Shown: positions 37,401 through 46,066 of the stretch, one piece after another
Layout: every line of letters begins with the position of its first letter
Numbering within the stretch: the stretch's first letter is position 1
Source: Dehalococcoidia bacterium
Lineage (GTDB): Bacteria; Chloroflexota; Dehalococcoidia; Bin125
Assembly: GCA_963662615.2 (NCBI GenBank)
Contig: CAXXSR010000001.1
Coordinates: forward strand, 992,001 to 1,056,000
Length of the DNA stretch: 64,000 bases
Direction: 5' to 3'
Translations under genes and position numbers: made by a program
The notes under the pieces: generated by a model
What the model saw: only the letters and a program-made list of their open reading frames with translations
The model's database searches: none
Told to the model about the DNA's origin: nothing

Positions 37401-38956
37401 TCTCGCCGCCTCCGCACCACGACATCTACTCCATTGAGGATCTCGCCCAGCTCATCTACGACCTCAAGATGACCAATCCGCGACTCAAGGTCTGCGTGAA
37501 GCTGGTGGCCTGCGAGGGCGTCGGCACGATCGCCGCCGGCGTCGCCAAGGCCTACGCCGACATCATCCAGATCAGTGGCGCCGACGGCGGCACCGGCGCC
37601 TCCCCCCTCTCCTCCATCAAGTACGCCGGCGCGCCCTGGGAGCTGGGCGTCAAGGAGGCCCATGAGGCGCTGATCTGGAACGGCCTGCGCGGTCGCGTCC
37701 TCCTGCGCACCGACGGCGGCTTCCACACCGGCCACGACGTCGTGATGGCCGCCCTCCTGGGCGCGGAGCAGTACGGATTCGGCACCACCTCCATGATCGC
37801 CGTGGGCTGCAAAATGGCCCGACAGTGCCATCTCAACACCTGCCCCGTCGGTGTCGCCACCCAGCGCGAGGATCTGCGCAAGAAGTACTTCGGCAAACCA
37901 GAGTGGCTCGTCAACTTCCTGCTCCACGTGGGCCAGGAAGTACGCCTCATCCTCGCCGGCTTGGGCTACGAGTCACTCGACGACGTCGTGGGCCGCTCCG
38001 ACCTCCTCCGCCAGCTCCCTCCGATCGAAGGCAGCCGCAGCGCCGCCATTGACCTCTCACGGATGATCGCCCGCGTCGATCCGGAGGGCCGCCACCCCCG
38101 CCATCGCATGCAAGACCGCAACGACCGCGACGACGATCCGCTGGAGGACCGCATCCTCCACGATCTCGCCCCCGCCCTGGCGCAGGGCGCTTCCATCCAA
38201 CGCGAGTATCAGATCCATAATCAAGATCGCAGCATTGGCGCGCGCATCTCCGGCCACCTGGCGCAGCGCTACGGCGACCACGGCCTGCCGCACGGGACCA
38301 TCGAGCTGCGCTTTCGTGGCTCGGCCGGCCAATCCTTCGGCGCCTTCCTCCTCCGCGGCGTCCGCCTCCACCTGCTCGGCGAGGCCAACGACTACGTGGG
38401 CAAGGGCATGGGCGGCGGCCTCATCTCCATCCGTGCTCCCGACGAGGCCGGCTTCCTCCACGATGGCGGCGTCCTAGTCGGCAATACGGTCCTCTACGGA
38501 GCCACCGGCGGCAGCCTCTTTGTGGCCGGCCGTGCCGGGGAGCGGTTCGGCGTCCGCAACTCCGGCGCGCGGGCGGTGGTGGAGGCCGTGGGCGATCATG
38601 GCTGCGAGTACATGACCGGTGGCCGTGTCGCCATCATCGGCCCCACCGGCCGCAACTTCGCCGCCGGCATGAGCGGCGGCATCGCCTATGTGCTCGACGA
38701 AGCCGGCGACTTCGAGCGCCGCTGCAACCCCGACATGGTTGACCTTGAGCCGCTCGTCGACCACCACGACCGCGCCACCGTCTACGAGCTGCTCAAGTCG
38801 CACGCGCATTTCACGGCCAGTCCGCGCGCCCGCAAGATCCTCAACAATTGGGAGACGTACGTGTCCCAGTTCGTGAAGGTGATGCCGCGCGACTACCGCC
38901 GCGCCCTCGAGGAAGAGGCAGCGCAGAAGCTGGCGACCGTCGCGGAGTTGGAGTAG
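34451..38956 (+). CDS. gltB: Glutamate synthase large subunit
   Basis: HDACGVGF, HQRFATNT, HNGEINT, FAQVTNPPID, SNTGEGGE, QGSKPGEGGQLPG, CKMARQCHLNTCPVG, GCEYMTGG. Confidence 0.97.
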   Translation: MAWQPPAQAGLYDPQVAHDACGVGFIANVNGTRSHEIVALAVRAIGNLTHRGAVNADPMTGDGVGLTIQIPFELLEEYAARFDRSLEHSDDLVVAMTFLPSPEADRPAARAILEEAADSCGLEVIGWRVVPTDPSVLGASALESLPGIEQLLMVRPPGLERDDFQRAIYLARRRAERAYRERALDCYIVSMSARTVVYKGLMVAHQLDRFYADLKDARAVSALALFHQRFATNTLPNWKLAQPFRYLAHNGEINTLVGNRNWMKARDRELTAPGWDDQLAELAPSITDSGSDSASLDEALDLLVNSGRDPLHAMMMLIPEAWENMPDIDPELRGFYEYHACLTEPWDGPAAVAFTDGVVAAAALDRNGLRPARYQVTRQGMVVMASEVGLLGLPIEDIVESGRLGPGEMIAVDTDRGLILRNDAIKRRFAARRPYADWVQRGLVHLEPGLGHVDGRLRSEPAADVETRQVLHGYTKEEMQYVIKPMVRAGKEPVGSMGDDTPPSALQDAPRLLYTYFRQQFAQVTNPPIDSLREKIVMSLDTYLGRQHSLLEEGPEAARLIHLASPLLLDEELARLRELRVDALKLTTLHARFPAAAGPRGLRAGLDELAAAADRAVDQGRTVLVISDRSTDAEWAPIPMLLAIATVHHHLIRSGRRMRASLIAETGDARDVHHFGCLIGFGASAVNPYLAFETLRALHAGGEFDEDGFDDVLGRYQQAIDAGILKIMSKMGISAVSSYHGAQIFEALGVRDELIEYAFPGTTSRIGGVGFEDVGRDVLARHAEAYPVAQLDPGGWYKYRRDGDYHANEPPVWRALHKVAQGGGEEEYRQYVETVQQRPPAALRDLLEFHSDRDPIPVEQVEDIDAIVQRFQTGAMSLGALGPEAHEDIARAMNLLGGRSNTGEGGEDPRRFLPDGDKRDANSQVKQVASGRFGVTPAYLAGAAEVEIKIAQGSKPGEGGQLPGHKVSPYIASLRHSTPGVELISPPPHHDIYSIEDLAQLIYDLKMTNPRLKVCVKLVACEGVGTIAAGVAKAYADIIQISGADGGTGASPLSSIKYAGAPWELGVKEAHEALIWNGLRGRVLLRTDGGFHTGHDVVMAALLGAEQYGFGTTSMIAVGCKMARQCHLNTCPVGVATQREDLRKKYFGKPEWLVNFLLHVGQEVRLILAGLGYESLDDVVGRSDLLRQLPPIEGSRSAAIDLSRMIARVDPEGRHPRHRMQDRNDRDDDPLEDRILHDLAPALAQGASIQREYQIHNQDRSIGARISGHLAQRYGDHGLPHGTIELRFRGSAGQSFGAFLLRGVRLHLLGEANDYVGKGMGGGLISIRAPDEAGFLHDGGVLVGNTVLYGATGGSLFVAGRAGERFGVRNSGARAVVEAVGDHGCEYMTGGRVAIIGPTGRNFAAGMSGGIAYVLDEAGDFERRCNPDMVDLEPLVDHHDRATVYELLKSHAHFTASPRARKILNNWETYVSQFVKVMPRDYRRALEEEAAQKLATVAELE

Positions 38957-38993
38957 GCGCGGCCCGCCCCCGCCGAATGCCGGCGCCGCTCGC

Positions 38994-40082
38994 TTAGATG
39001 AGGGGCCGGGGGACCGCGACCCCCACCTCCTTCGCCAGTTCGGTCAACTGCTCGATCGTCTTGGCCTCTAGCGGGATCCCGCTGGCCTCGCGCTCACTCC
39101 GCCGCGCCGCTTCGACGTCTCCGGGGATCAGGACCGCCTCCACGCCCGACGCCGGCTTCGTCGCGCGGACGTGATCCACCATCGCTTTCATCTCCGCTTT
39201 GAACTCGGCCGGCGCGCGGAAGAGGTCAATGCGCCAGGCCGCGAACCACTGCCCCATCCCCCAGCTCTCCCGCTCCATGAACAGCCCCGATCCCAGACCC
39301 GAGAGCACGCCGCAGAGGATGTCGACCATCAGCCCCAGGCCGTAGCCCTTGTACGACCCCGTCTCGAGCCGCGACCCCAAGGGCAACAGCGCGCCCCCCT
39401 GCTGCAGGATCGACGGATCGTCGGTGTCGGCGCCGGTCGCGTCAATCGCCCAGCCGAGAGGGATGCGCTTGCCCTGCCGCTCGGCGATCTCCAACTTGCC
39501 GCCCGCCACCGCCGTGGTCGCCATGTCCAGCAGGAAGGCGTGATCGTCTTGCACCGGCGCGCTCATCGCCAGCGGGTTGGTGCCAAACACCCGCTCCACG
39601 CCGCCCGCGGCCGCGCCCAGCGGCCAGAAGTTGCACATGGCCATGCCAATCAGGTCGCGCTGGCCGGCCATGTGGGCGTAGTAGCCGGCGGCGCCGAAAT
39701 GCCGGCCGTTGCGCACCGTGACCATGCCAATGCCGCTCTGCTCGGCCTTTTGGATGCATGCCTGCATCGCCCGGCTCGCCACCAGCGGCCCGAAGCCACG
39801 GTCGCCGTCCCAGGCCGCGCTCGACGCCGTCTCCCGCAACACCTCCACCTTGGGGTGCGGGTTCACGAACCCGCCCTTGAAACCGGGCACGTAGCCCATG
39901 TGCCAGGGCAGATGTGCGATGCCGTGCGACTCGATCCCTTGGAGGTCGGCGTCAATCAGGACCGTCGCGCCCAAGGCCGCATCCTCGGCCGGCATGCCGA
40001 AGTGCTCCAGCACGGCCGCTGTGAATTGGCGCAGGTCCTGGGCGCGGAAGCGGAGGCGCGTGTCGGCCTCCGCCGCTGCCAT
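38994..40082 (-). CDS. Ldh_2 (type 2 malate/L-lactate) oxidoreductase
   Basis: ADLQGIESHG, HFGAAGYY, GTNPLA, LDMATT, YKGYGL; start coupled to upstream stop (TGATG). Confidence 0.9.
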   Translation of the reverse strand: MAAAEADTRLRFRAQDLRQFTAAVLEHFGMPAEDAALGATVLIDADLQGIESHGIAHLPWHMGYVPGFKGGFVNPHPKVEVLRETASSAAWDGDRGFGPLVASRAMQACIQKAEQSGIGMVTVRNGRHFGAAGYYAHMAGQRDLIGMAMCNFWPLGAAAGGVERVFGTNPLAMSAPVQDDHAFLLDMATTAVAGGKLEIAERQGKRIPLGWAIDATGADTDDPSILQQGGALLPLGSRLETGSYKGYGLGLMVDILCGVLSGLGSGLFMERESWGMGQWFAAWRIDLFRAPAEFKAEMKAMVDHVRATKPASGVEAVLIPGDVEAARRSEREASGIPLEAKTIEQLTELAKEVGVAVPRPLI

Positions 40083-40846
40083 CAGCCGTCCCCGCGAACG
40101 GTACGCAGCCCTCGCACCGCGCCCTGCATCATGAATTGGATGTCGGAGCCCATCGCCACGAAGCGCCAGCCCTCTTGTCCGCGCCGGGCGGCCTCCTCGG
40201 GGCCGCTGGTGAAGATCCCCGCCGCCACGCCGTGCTTCTGGCACGACTCCAGCACCGCTGTGCAGGCGGCGATGTGGTCGGGATGCGGGTGATCCGCACG
40301 CGGCGGCAGGCCCATCGACATGGCCAGGTCCGACGGGCCGATCAGCGTCGCGTCGATGCCGGGCACCGAGAGGATTTCGTCGATCCGCTCCACCGCCCCC
40401 GCCGTCTCGATCTGCACGATGCAGGCGATCTCCTCGTTGGCGTGTTCGGCGTAGTCGCGGCCGCCGTACAGCAGGCCCCGGTACGGGCCCCAGCCTCTGG
40501 TTCCAATCGGCGGGTAGCGGCAGGCCGCGACCGCCTGCTCTGCCTCGGCCTTGCTATTGATCCAAGGGATCACGACCCCGTAGGCGCCGCCGTCCAGGAT
40601 GCGCTTGATCTCCACCATGTCGTTCCAGTGCACGCGCGCGAACGGCATGGTCTCGCTGCCGGAGATGACCTGGAACATCTGCACCATGGTCAGCAGGTCG
40701 GCGGGGCTGTGCTCGCCGTCGACGACGACCCAGTCGAAGCCGGCCGACGCCATCTGTTCGGCGGCCAGTGTGCTGCACGAGGAGAGCCAGGCCCCATAGG
40801 CCGTCTTGCCCTCGCGCCAGAGCCGTTTCACCGTGTTTGGACGCAC
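40082..40846 (-). CDS. HpcH/HpaI aldolase family protein
   Basis: DWVVVDGEH, RYPPIGTRG, QIET, IGPSDL. Confidence 0.92.
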   Translation of the reverse strand: MRPNTVKRLWREGKTAYGAWLSSCSTLAAEQMASAGFDWVVVDGEHSPADLLTMVQMFQVISGSETMPFARVHWNDMVEIKRILDGGAYGVVIPWINSKAEAEQAVAACRYPPIGTRGWGPYRGLLYGGRDYAEHANEEIACIVQIETAGAVERIDEILSVPGIDATLIGPSDLAMSMGLPPRADHPHPDHIAACTAVLESCQKHGVAAGIFTSGPEEAARRGQEGWRFVAMGSDIQFMMQGAVRGLRTVRGDG

Positions 40847-40970
40847 GTTTCCTCCCTCAATCGCCCCTCCCAGTCACCGCAGCCGGCGCCGGGCCGCGCC
40901 GCAGTCTAGCAGATCGCGCATGCGACGACGGCTGCCCACACGGATCAAGAGAATGAGGCTCGCGCGAGCG

Positions 40971-41960
40971 CTAGCGCCCCGGGTGCGGCCCCAGCTTCAC
41001 CCGCTCCAGCACCGCCGGGTTGACCACGCTGCGCGGCAGATAGCCCCGCAGCACGTCCGCCGCCGCCTCGCCGCTGAGCCGGTAGAGCAGCTCAAAGGAG
41101 ACATCCGAGTAGTACGCCGAGTGCGGCGTCGCGATGACGTTGTCGAACTGCAGCAGCGGCCTCTCGGCGGTCAACGGCTCCGGGTCCCACACATCGACGC
41201 CGGCCCCCGCGATCGCGCCCGCCTTGATCGCGTCCTGCAGCGCCGTCTCGACGACGACGCCCCCGCGGCAGGTCGTGACCAGGTAGGCCGTCGGCTTCAT
41301 GCGGGCCAGTTCGTCGGCGCCGATCAGGCCGCGCGTCTCCTCGTTCAAGGGCGAGTGCACGGAGACGTAGTCGGAGCGGGCCAGCAGCTCCTCCAGCGAC
41401 GTCAGCTCCACGCCCAACGCCGCGGCCGGCTTCGCATCCACGTACGGGTCGTAGGCGATCACCTGGAGCCCGAACGCCTGCGCCCGCTTCGCCACGGCTC
41501 GCGCCACGTTCCCGAACGCCACCAGCCCCAGCGTCTCCCCCCGCAAGTTGCCCACTTGCGCCAGCGGCGCTTTCTCCCCTGCCCGCTCCGCCAGCGTGTG
41601 CACCGTCAGTTGGCGGTTCAGCGCCAGGATCATCGCGAAGGCGTGATTGGCTACTTCGTCAATGCAGTAATCGGTGACGTTGCAGACCACGACGCCGTGG
41701 TCGGTCGCGGCCTGCAGGTCCACGTTGTCGAAGCCGATGCCCGTTCGCACGATCACCTTGAGGCTGGGACAAGCCTCAATCACCGATCGCCCCAGCGCGA
41801 AGTACGTGCAGATGATGCCGTCAACGTGGCTCGCGAAGGCGCGCGCTTCGGCCTCACTCGTACATTCCGCGGCGATCAGCTCCGCCTCCGCGACTGCCTC
41901 CCGCATCGCCGGGCCGCTGTAGCGGAGCGAGTCGATCTGGGCCACGGTGAATTTCGCCAT
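40971..41960 (-). CDS. D-isomer-specific 2-hydroxyacid dehydrogenase (CtBP-like)
   Basis: RTGIGFDNVD, NVTDYCIDEVA, DVWDPEP, TPHSAYYS; ATG 41960. Confidence 0.9.
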   Translation of the reverse strand: MAKFTVAQIDSLRYSGPAMREAVAEAELIAAECTSEAEARAFASHVDGIICTYFALGRSVIEACPSLKVIVRTGIGFDNVDLQAATDHGVVVCNVTDYCIDEVANHAFAMILALNRQLTVHTLAERAGEKAPLAQVGNLRGETLGLVAFGNVARAVAKRAQAFGLQVIAYDPYVDAKPAAALGVELTSLEELLARSDYVSVHSPLNEETRGLIGADELARMKPTAYLVTTCRGGVVVETALQDAIKAGAIAGAGVDVWDPEPLTAERPLLQFDNVIATPHSAYYSDVSFELLYRLSGEAAADVLRGYLPRSVVNPAVLERVKLGPHPGR

Positions 41961-42037
41961 CGTGTCGTCTCCAGCGATTCCGCCCGCCGCCTCTCTCACG
42001 TCAGCGGCGGTGCAGGCCGGCCCCAGTCAGGCACCAG

Positions 42038-43291
42038 TCAGGCCTGGAGGTATGCCTCAATGTCGGGGCCGCCCTCCGTGAGGATGACGCCGGCCTCCTC
42101 CAGCGCTTGCACCTCGCCCTCGCTCAGGTCCAGCAGCTCCCGCAGCACCGCCTCCGTGTCTTCCCCGAAGGCCGGCGCCGGGCCGCGGACCCGCCCCGGC
42201 GTCCGCGACAGGCGCAGCGGCGAGTTCGACAGCTTCACGGCGCCCGCTCGCGGATGCTCCACCTCCGCGATCATGCCGCGATGCTGAATCTGCTCTTGCC
42301 GCACCGCCTCGCCCACGGTGTTCAACGGGCCAACCGGCATCCCGTACGGCTCCAGGATCGCAAGCCACTCCGCCGTGCGCTTCTTGCGCGTCGCCTCGAA
42401 CAGGATCGGCTCCAGGACCGCGTGATTCTGGGTCCGCTTGTAGGACGTCGAGAAGCGCTCGTCGTTGATCAACTCCACCCGTTCCAGGGCGCCGCAGAGC
42501 AACTCCCATTGGTTGTCCACGCCCCAGGCCAGCGCCAGCACCATCCAGCCGTCCTGCGTGGGGAACGCCTGGAACGGTGTCGCTGAAGGGTGCCGCGTGC
42601 CCAGCCGCTGCGGCTCCTCGCCGGTGGCGAAATAGCGCGCCACGGCGTTCTCCAGGATCGCGATCTGACAGTCCAGCAGGGAGATATCGATCATCTGCCC
42701 GCGTCCACTGGAGCCGCGCTCGTGCAGCGCGGCCAAGATGCCGAGCGCGGTGTACAACCCCCCTGCGATGTCCCCAATTGGCATTCCCGGCCGTGCCGGC
42801 GGCCCGTCGGGGTAGCCGGTGATGCTCATCGCGCCGCCCATCCCCTGCACCACGACGTCCAGCGCCGGGCGCTGTCGCAGCGGACCGCTGTGCCCAAAGC
42901 CGGAGGTGGCCGCGTAGATGATGCGCGGATTCCGCACCGCCAGCGCCTCATAGCCCAGGCCCAGGCGCTCCATGGTCCCGGGAGTGAAGTTCTCCATCAC
43001 CACATCCGCCCGCTCCACGAGCTCCAGGAAGAGCGCCCTCCCACGCTCATGCTTTAGATCGACGGCCATGCTCCGCTTGCCCCGATTGATGCTTTGGAAG
43101 TAGATGCTCTCGTTGTTGACGAACGGGCCCGTGGTCCGCGCCACGTCGCCGTGGGGCGGACGCTCCACCTTGATCACGTCCGCCCCCAGATCGGTGAGGA
43201 TCATGGAGGCGTAAGGGCCGGCCAAGACCCAGGTCAGGTCCAGCACCGTCACCCCCACCAGGGGTCCCGCCCCATTGGCTGCTTCAGGCAC
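42038..43291 (-). CDS. Class III CoA-transferase (CaiB/BaiF)
   Basis: LDLTWVLAGPY, DLGADVIKVE, NRGKRS, ENFTPG. Confidence 0.93.
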   Translation of the reverse strand: MPEAANGAGPLVGVTVLDLTWVLAGPYASMILTDLGADVIKVERPPHGDVARTTGPFVNNESIYFQSINRGKRSMAVDLKHERGRALFLELVERADVVMENFTPGTMERLGLGYEALAVRNPRIIYAATSGFGHSGPLRQRPALDVVVQGMGGAMSITGYPDGPPARPGMPIGDIAGGLYTALGILAALHERGSSGRGQMIDISLLDCQIAILENAVARYFATGEEPQRLGTRHPSATPFQAFPTQDGWMVLALAWGVDNQWELLCGALERVELINDERFSTSYKRTQNHAVLEPILFEATRKKRTAEWLAILEPYGMPVGPLNTVGEAVRQEQIQHRGMIAEVEHPRAGAVKLSNSPLRLSRTPGRVRGPAPAFGEDTEAVLRELLDLSEGEVQALEEAGVILTEGGPDIEAYLQA

Positions 43292-43401
43292 CGCCGGCTC
43301 CCTTCAGGCGCGGGCGCTCCTTCGCCACCGCCCCGCCCCGATTGTGTGGCGGCATGATCGCGACGGCGTTAATGGTGGCGGCGTTCGCGTAGACTGAACG
43401 C

Positions 43402-43734
43402 ATGCGGAGGCCCAGCGCGGTCACGGGCGCATCGTGGCAACGTCAGGCGGGACCGTCAAACGCGGCTGCGCGGAGCGCCCGCCGGCCACAGATTCGCGTC
43501 GCCCCCACCGACGACGGCTTCGACGTGATCGTCGCCGACACCGTCGTCCGCCACTGCGACCAAGAAGGCGACGCTCACCACTGGGCCATGCACGTCTTTG
43601 AGGCGGTCAACCGCAACGTTTACCGGCCCCACGCCATTCGGGAATCGCTGCGCCATCTCTGCCTGCTGCGACAGCGCTGCGGCACGCATCGCCCCATTGC
43701 GCTCGATTCGCCCTCGTTGCGACGGGGCCGTTAG
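43402..43734 (+). CDS. Hypothetical protein
   Basis: ORF in a divergent gap with plausible codon usage in its core; no motif recognised. Confidence 0.45.
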   Translation: MRRPSAVTGASWQRQAGPSNAAARSARRPQIRVAPTDDGFDVIVADTVVRHCDQEGDAHHWAMHVFEAVNRNVYRPHAIRESLRHLCLLRQRCGTHRPIALDSPSLRRGR

Positions 43735-43999
43735 CCCTTGCCCCGCGTGGCCGCCGCGTGGCGCCGCCGCGTCCGCGCGGCGCCTTCCGGGCTTCGCTGG
43801 GAACGGCGATCATCCTGTTGAGGCCACGGCCGAGGGAGCGCTGAGACGCGCCGCAGCTGCGGCGCGCGCCCAACTCCGCCGGTCGCGCGGGCCGCAGCTG
43901 CAGGCGCCAACAGCCCGCGCGCGATTGCGCGCGAGCTGCTGAGTCGCGGCTCAGGAGCCGCGGCCCGCGCTTCCCCTTGCCGACCTACCCCTTGCCGAG

Positions 44000-44629
44000 C
44001 TAGCCCTTGCCGATAGTCGTCTTGGCCACCACCTTGACGCCCTTGATGGTGCCTTCCACGGAGCGGCGCACGCGAATCGCGGCGGTGTCGCCGATATCGC
44101 CGGCCGCCTCAATAGCGCCCGTTGCCGCCGCCGAAGCCGCCTCCTCTACGTTTTCCCCTGTCTGCCGCGCCGCCTCAATGGCACCCTCCACAGCGCCAAC
44201 CGCGGCGGTGGTGATGTCGGCGCCCAGGGAGGCCGTCTCACTGACGGCCATGCGGCTCGTCTTGCCGATCGCCTCCAGCGACTCCGTGCCCACTTCGCTG
44301 GTGCCGCGCACCGCTCCGATCACCGCGCCCTTGGCCGCTTGGCCCAGCGACGCGCCGACCCGGCCGGCGGAGTCAATGCTCTTCTCCACGCTGTCCGCCG
44401 CGGTCTCCGTCGCCGCCCCGGCCACGCCGCCGACTGCGTCGATCGTGCCCGTCATCGCCCCCACGGCCAGATCCGCGGCGGCGGAGCCGGTCTCACCCGC
44501 CTCGCGCACGGTCGTCTGCACCGTCGTGGCCACGGTCTCCACGGCGGCCTGCGTGATCTCCCCGCCGCCGCGGATCACGCCAATGATGCTGTTCTTGACC
44601 CGCGTCCCAATCTCTCGTTCATCCACCAT
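44000..44629 (-). CDS. Ala/Gly/Thr-rich helical-repeat hypothetical protein
   Basis: Recurrent AVGAVEGAIEAA-type units; purine-rich RBS. Confidence 0.75.
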   Translation of the reverse strand: MVDEREIGTRVKNSIIGVIRGGGEITQAAVETVATTVQTTVREAGETGSAAADLAVGAMTGTIDAVGGVAGAATETAADSVEKSIDSAGRVGASLGQAAKGAVIGAVRGTSEVGTESLEAIGKTSRMAVSETASLGADITTAAVGAVEGAIEAARQTGENVEEAASAAATGAIEAAGDIGDTAAIRVRRSVEGTIKGVKVVAKTTIGKG

Positions 44630-44790
44630 CGGATTTACCTTTCCCTTTGCGTCCTCTCAAATAGCGCGCTGCTCTGTGCCGCATGTTCACGCACACCACC
44701 CCCAACGTCAACACGGCTGCCCGTTGCCCCGCGCCATCGGCTGAACCGTCGGGCATGCGCCCAAATGGCCACGCCCCTCCCGCAAAGCCC

Positions 44791-45765
44791 TTATTTCTGC
44801 CACGCGATGCCCGTGCTGACCGCCACGTTCAGGAGCGGCTCTCCGCGCATGTAGCGGGCCAGGTTCTTGAGAAAGTGCTCGCCGGTGCGGCTGAACGCCT
44901 GCGGCGTGATGGATGAGTCGTGGGGCGTGATCACGCAGTTGGGCAGCTCCCACAGCGGCGAGTCGGACGGGAGCGGCTCCGTCTCGAAAACGTCCAGGAC
45001 CGCTCCGCCGATGGCGCCCGTCCGCAGCGCCTCAATGAGCGCCGCTTCATCCACCACCCCGCCCCGCGCCGTGTTGATCAGCACCGCCCCGCGCCCCATG
45101 GCCTGGAACTCCGCGGCGCCGATCATCCCGCGCGTCTCATCGGTCAGGGGAACGGCCAGCAGCACGTAGTCGCTCGCGGCCAGGAGGTCGTGCAGTCGCG
45201 CCGACGGCAGCACCTCGTCGACGTTCTCCGCCGCGACGGGCGTGCGCTTCGTCGCCAGCACGCGCATCTCGAACGCCTGGGCCAGGCGCGCCACCTCCAG
45301 GCCGATGCCCCCCAGCCCGACGATGCCGAGCGTCTTTCCGGTCAGCTCCAGGCCCGGGATCTGCGCCCATTCGCGCCGGGCCTGCGCCGCCGCGTGCGCG
45401 GGCATCGCCTTGACGTGGTGCAGCATGTAGCCCATCACGTACTCGCCTATGGGCCGCGCGTGCAGCCCGGGCGAATGCGTCAGCGTCACGCCCCGATCCA
45501 GCATCCCTTGCAGCCTGGGGTGGTCGATCCCCGCCGACGAACTGTGGAACCACCGCAATGTGGGCTGGTCCACGAGCGCCATCGCCGCGCGCAGCGCCCG
45601 CGATTGCTCCCACAGGTCCACGGAAAGAAAGAACGCTTCTATTCCGTTGGCGGACGGCGTGAACGTCCCGTCCTGGCGGAGCTGCACGGTCTCGATCCGC
45701 GGCGACAGCGACGCGATCCGCGTCGCGTAGCTCTTCGCCACCAGCTCCGACACGCACAGCCGCAC
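44791..45765 (-). CDS. D-2-hydroxyacid dehydrogenase
   Basis: SSAGIDH, GIVGLGGIG, INTARGGVVDE, LDVFETEPLP, ITPH. Confidence 0.92.
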   Translation of the reverse strand: MRLCVSELVAKSYATRIASLSPRIETVQLRQDGTFTPSANGIEAFFLSVDLWEQSRALRAAMALVDQPTLRWFHSSSAGIDHPRLQGMLDRGVTLTHSPGLHARPIGEYVMGYMLHHVKAMPAHAAAQARREWAQIPGLELTGKTLGIVGLGGIGLEVARLAQAFEMRVLATKRTPVAAENVDEVLPSARLHDLLAASDYVLLAVPLTDETRGMIGAAEFQAMGRGAVLINTARGGVVDEAALIEALRTGAIGGAVLDVFETEPLPSDSPLWELPNCVITPHDSSITPQAFSRTGEHFLKNLARYMRGEPLLNVAVSTGIAWQK

Positions 45766-45911
45766 GGCATCCCCTCCCCGGCTCGGTCCGGGCGCCTTGC
45801 GGCGGGAACCGCGCCTCAGTATGCGGCGGCGGCCTTGCGCCGCACAAGCAGATGCCGCACAAGCCGCTGCCCCACAAGCTAACCCGCCGCTGCAACGCGC
45901 ACGCTTGAGCG

Positions 45912-46002
45912 ATGCGTCCGGCGCCGTCCGGCGCCTGCAATGCGTCCGACGCGGTCCGGCGCCTGAGCGGGGGGCAATGCGTCCGACGCGGTCCGGCGCC
46001 TG
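45912..46002. repeat. About 26-bp direct repeat x3 in a divergent intergenic region
   Basis: ATGCGTCCGRCGCSGTCCGGCGCCTG near 45912, 45940, 45977. Confidence 0.8.
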
Positions 46003-46066
46003 GGCCGACGAACACCGTCCCGCGGCTGGGCTGCTACCGTAAAACGACCCCCCACCGCGAGGACGT

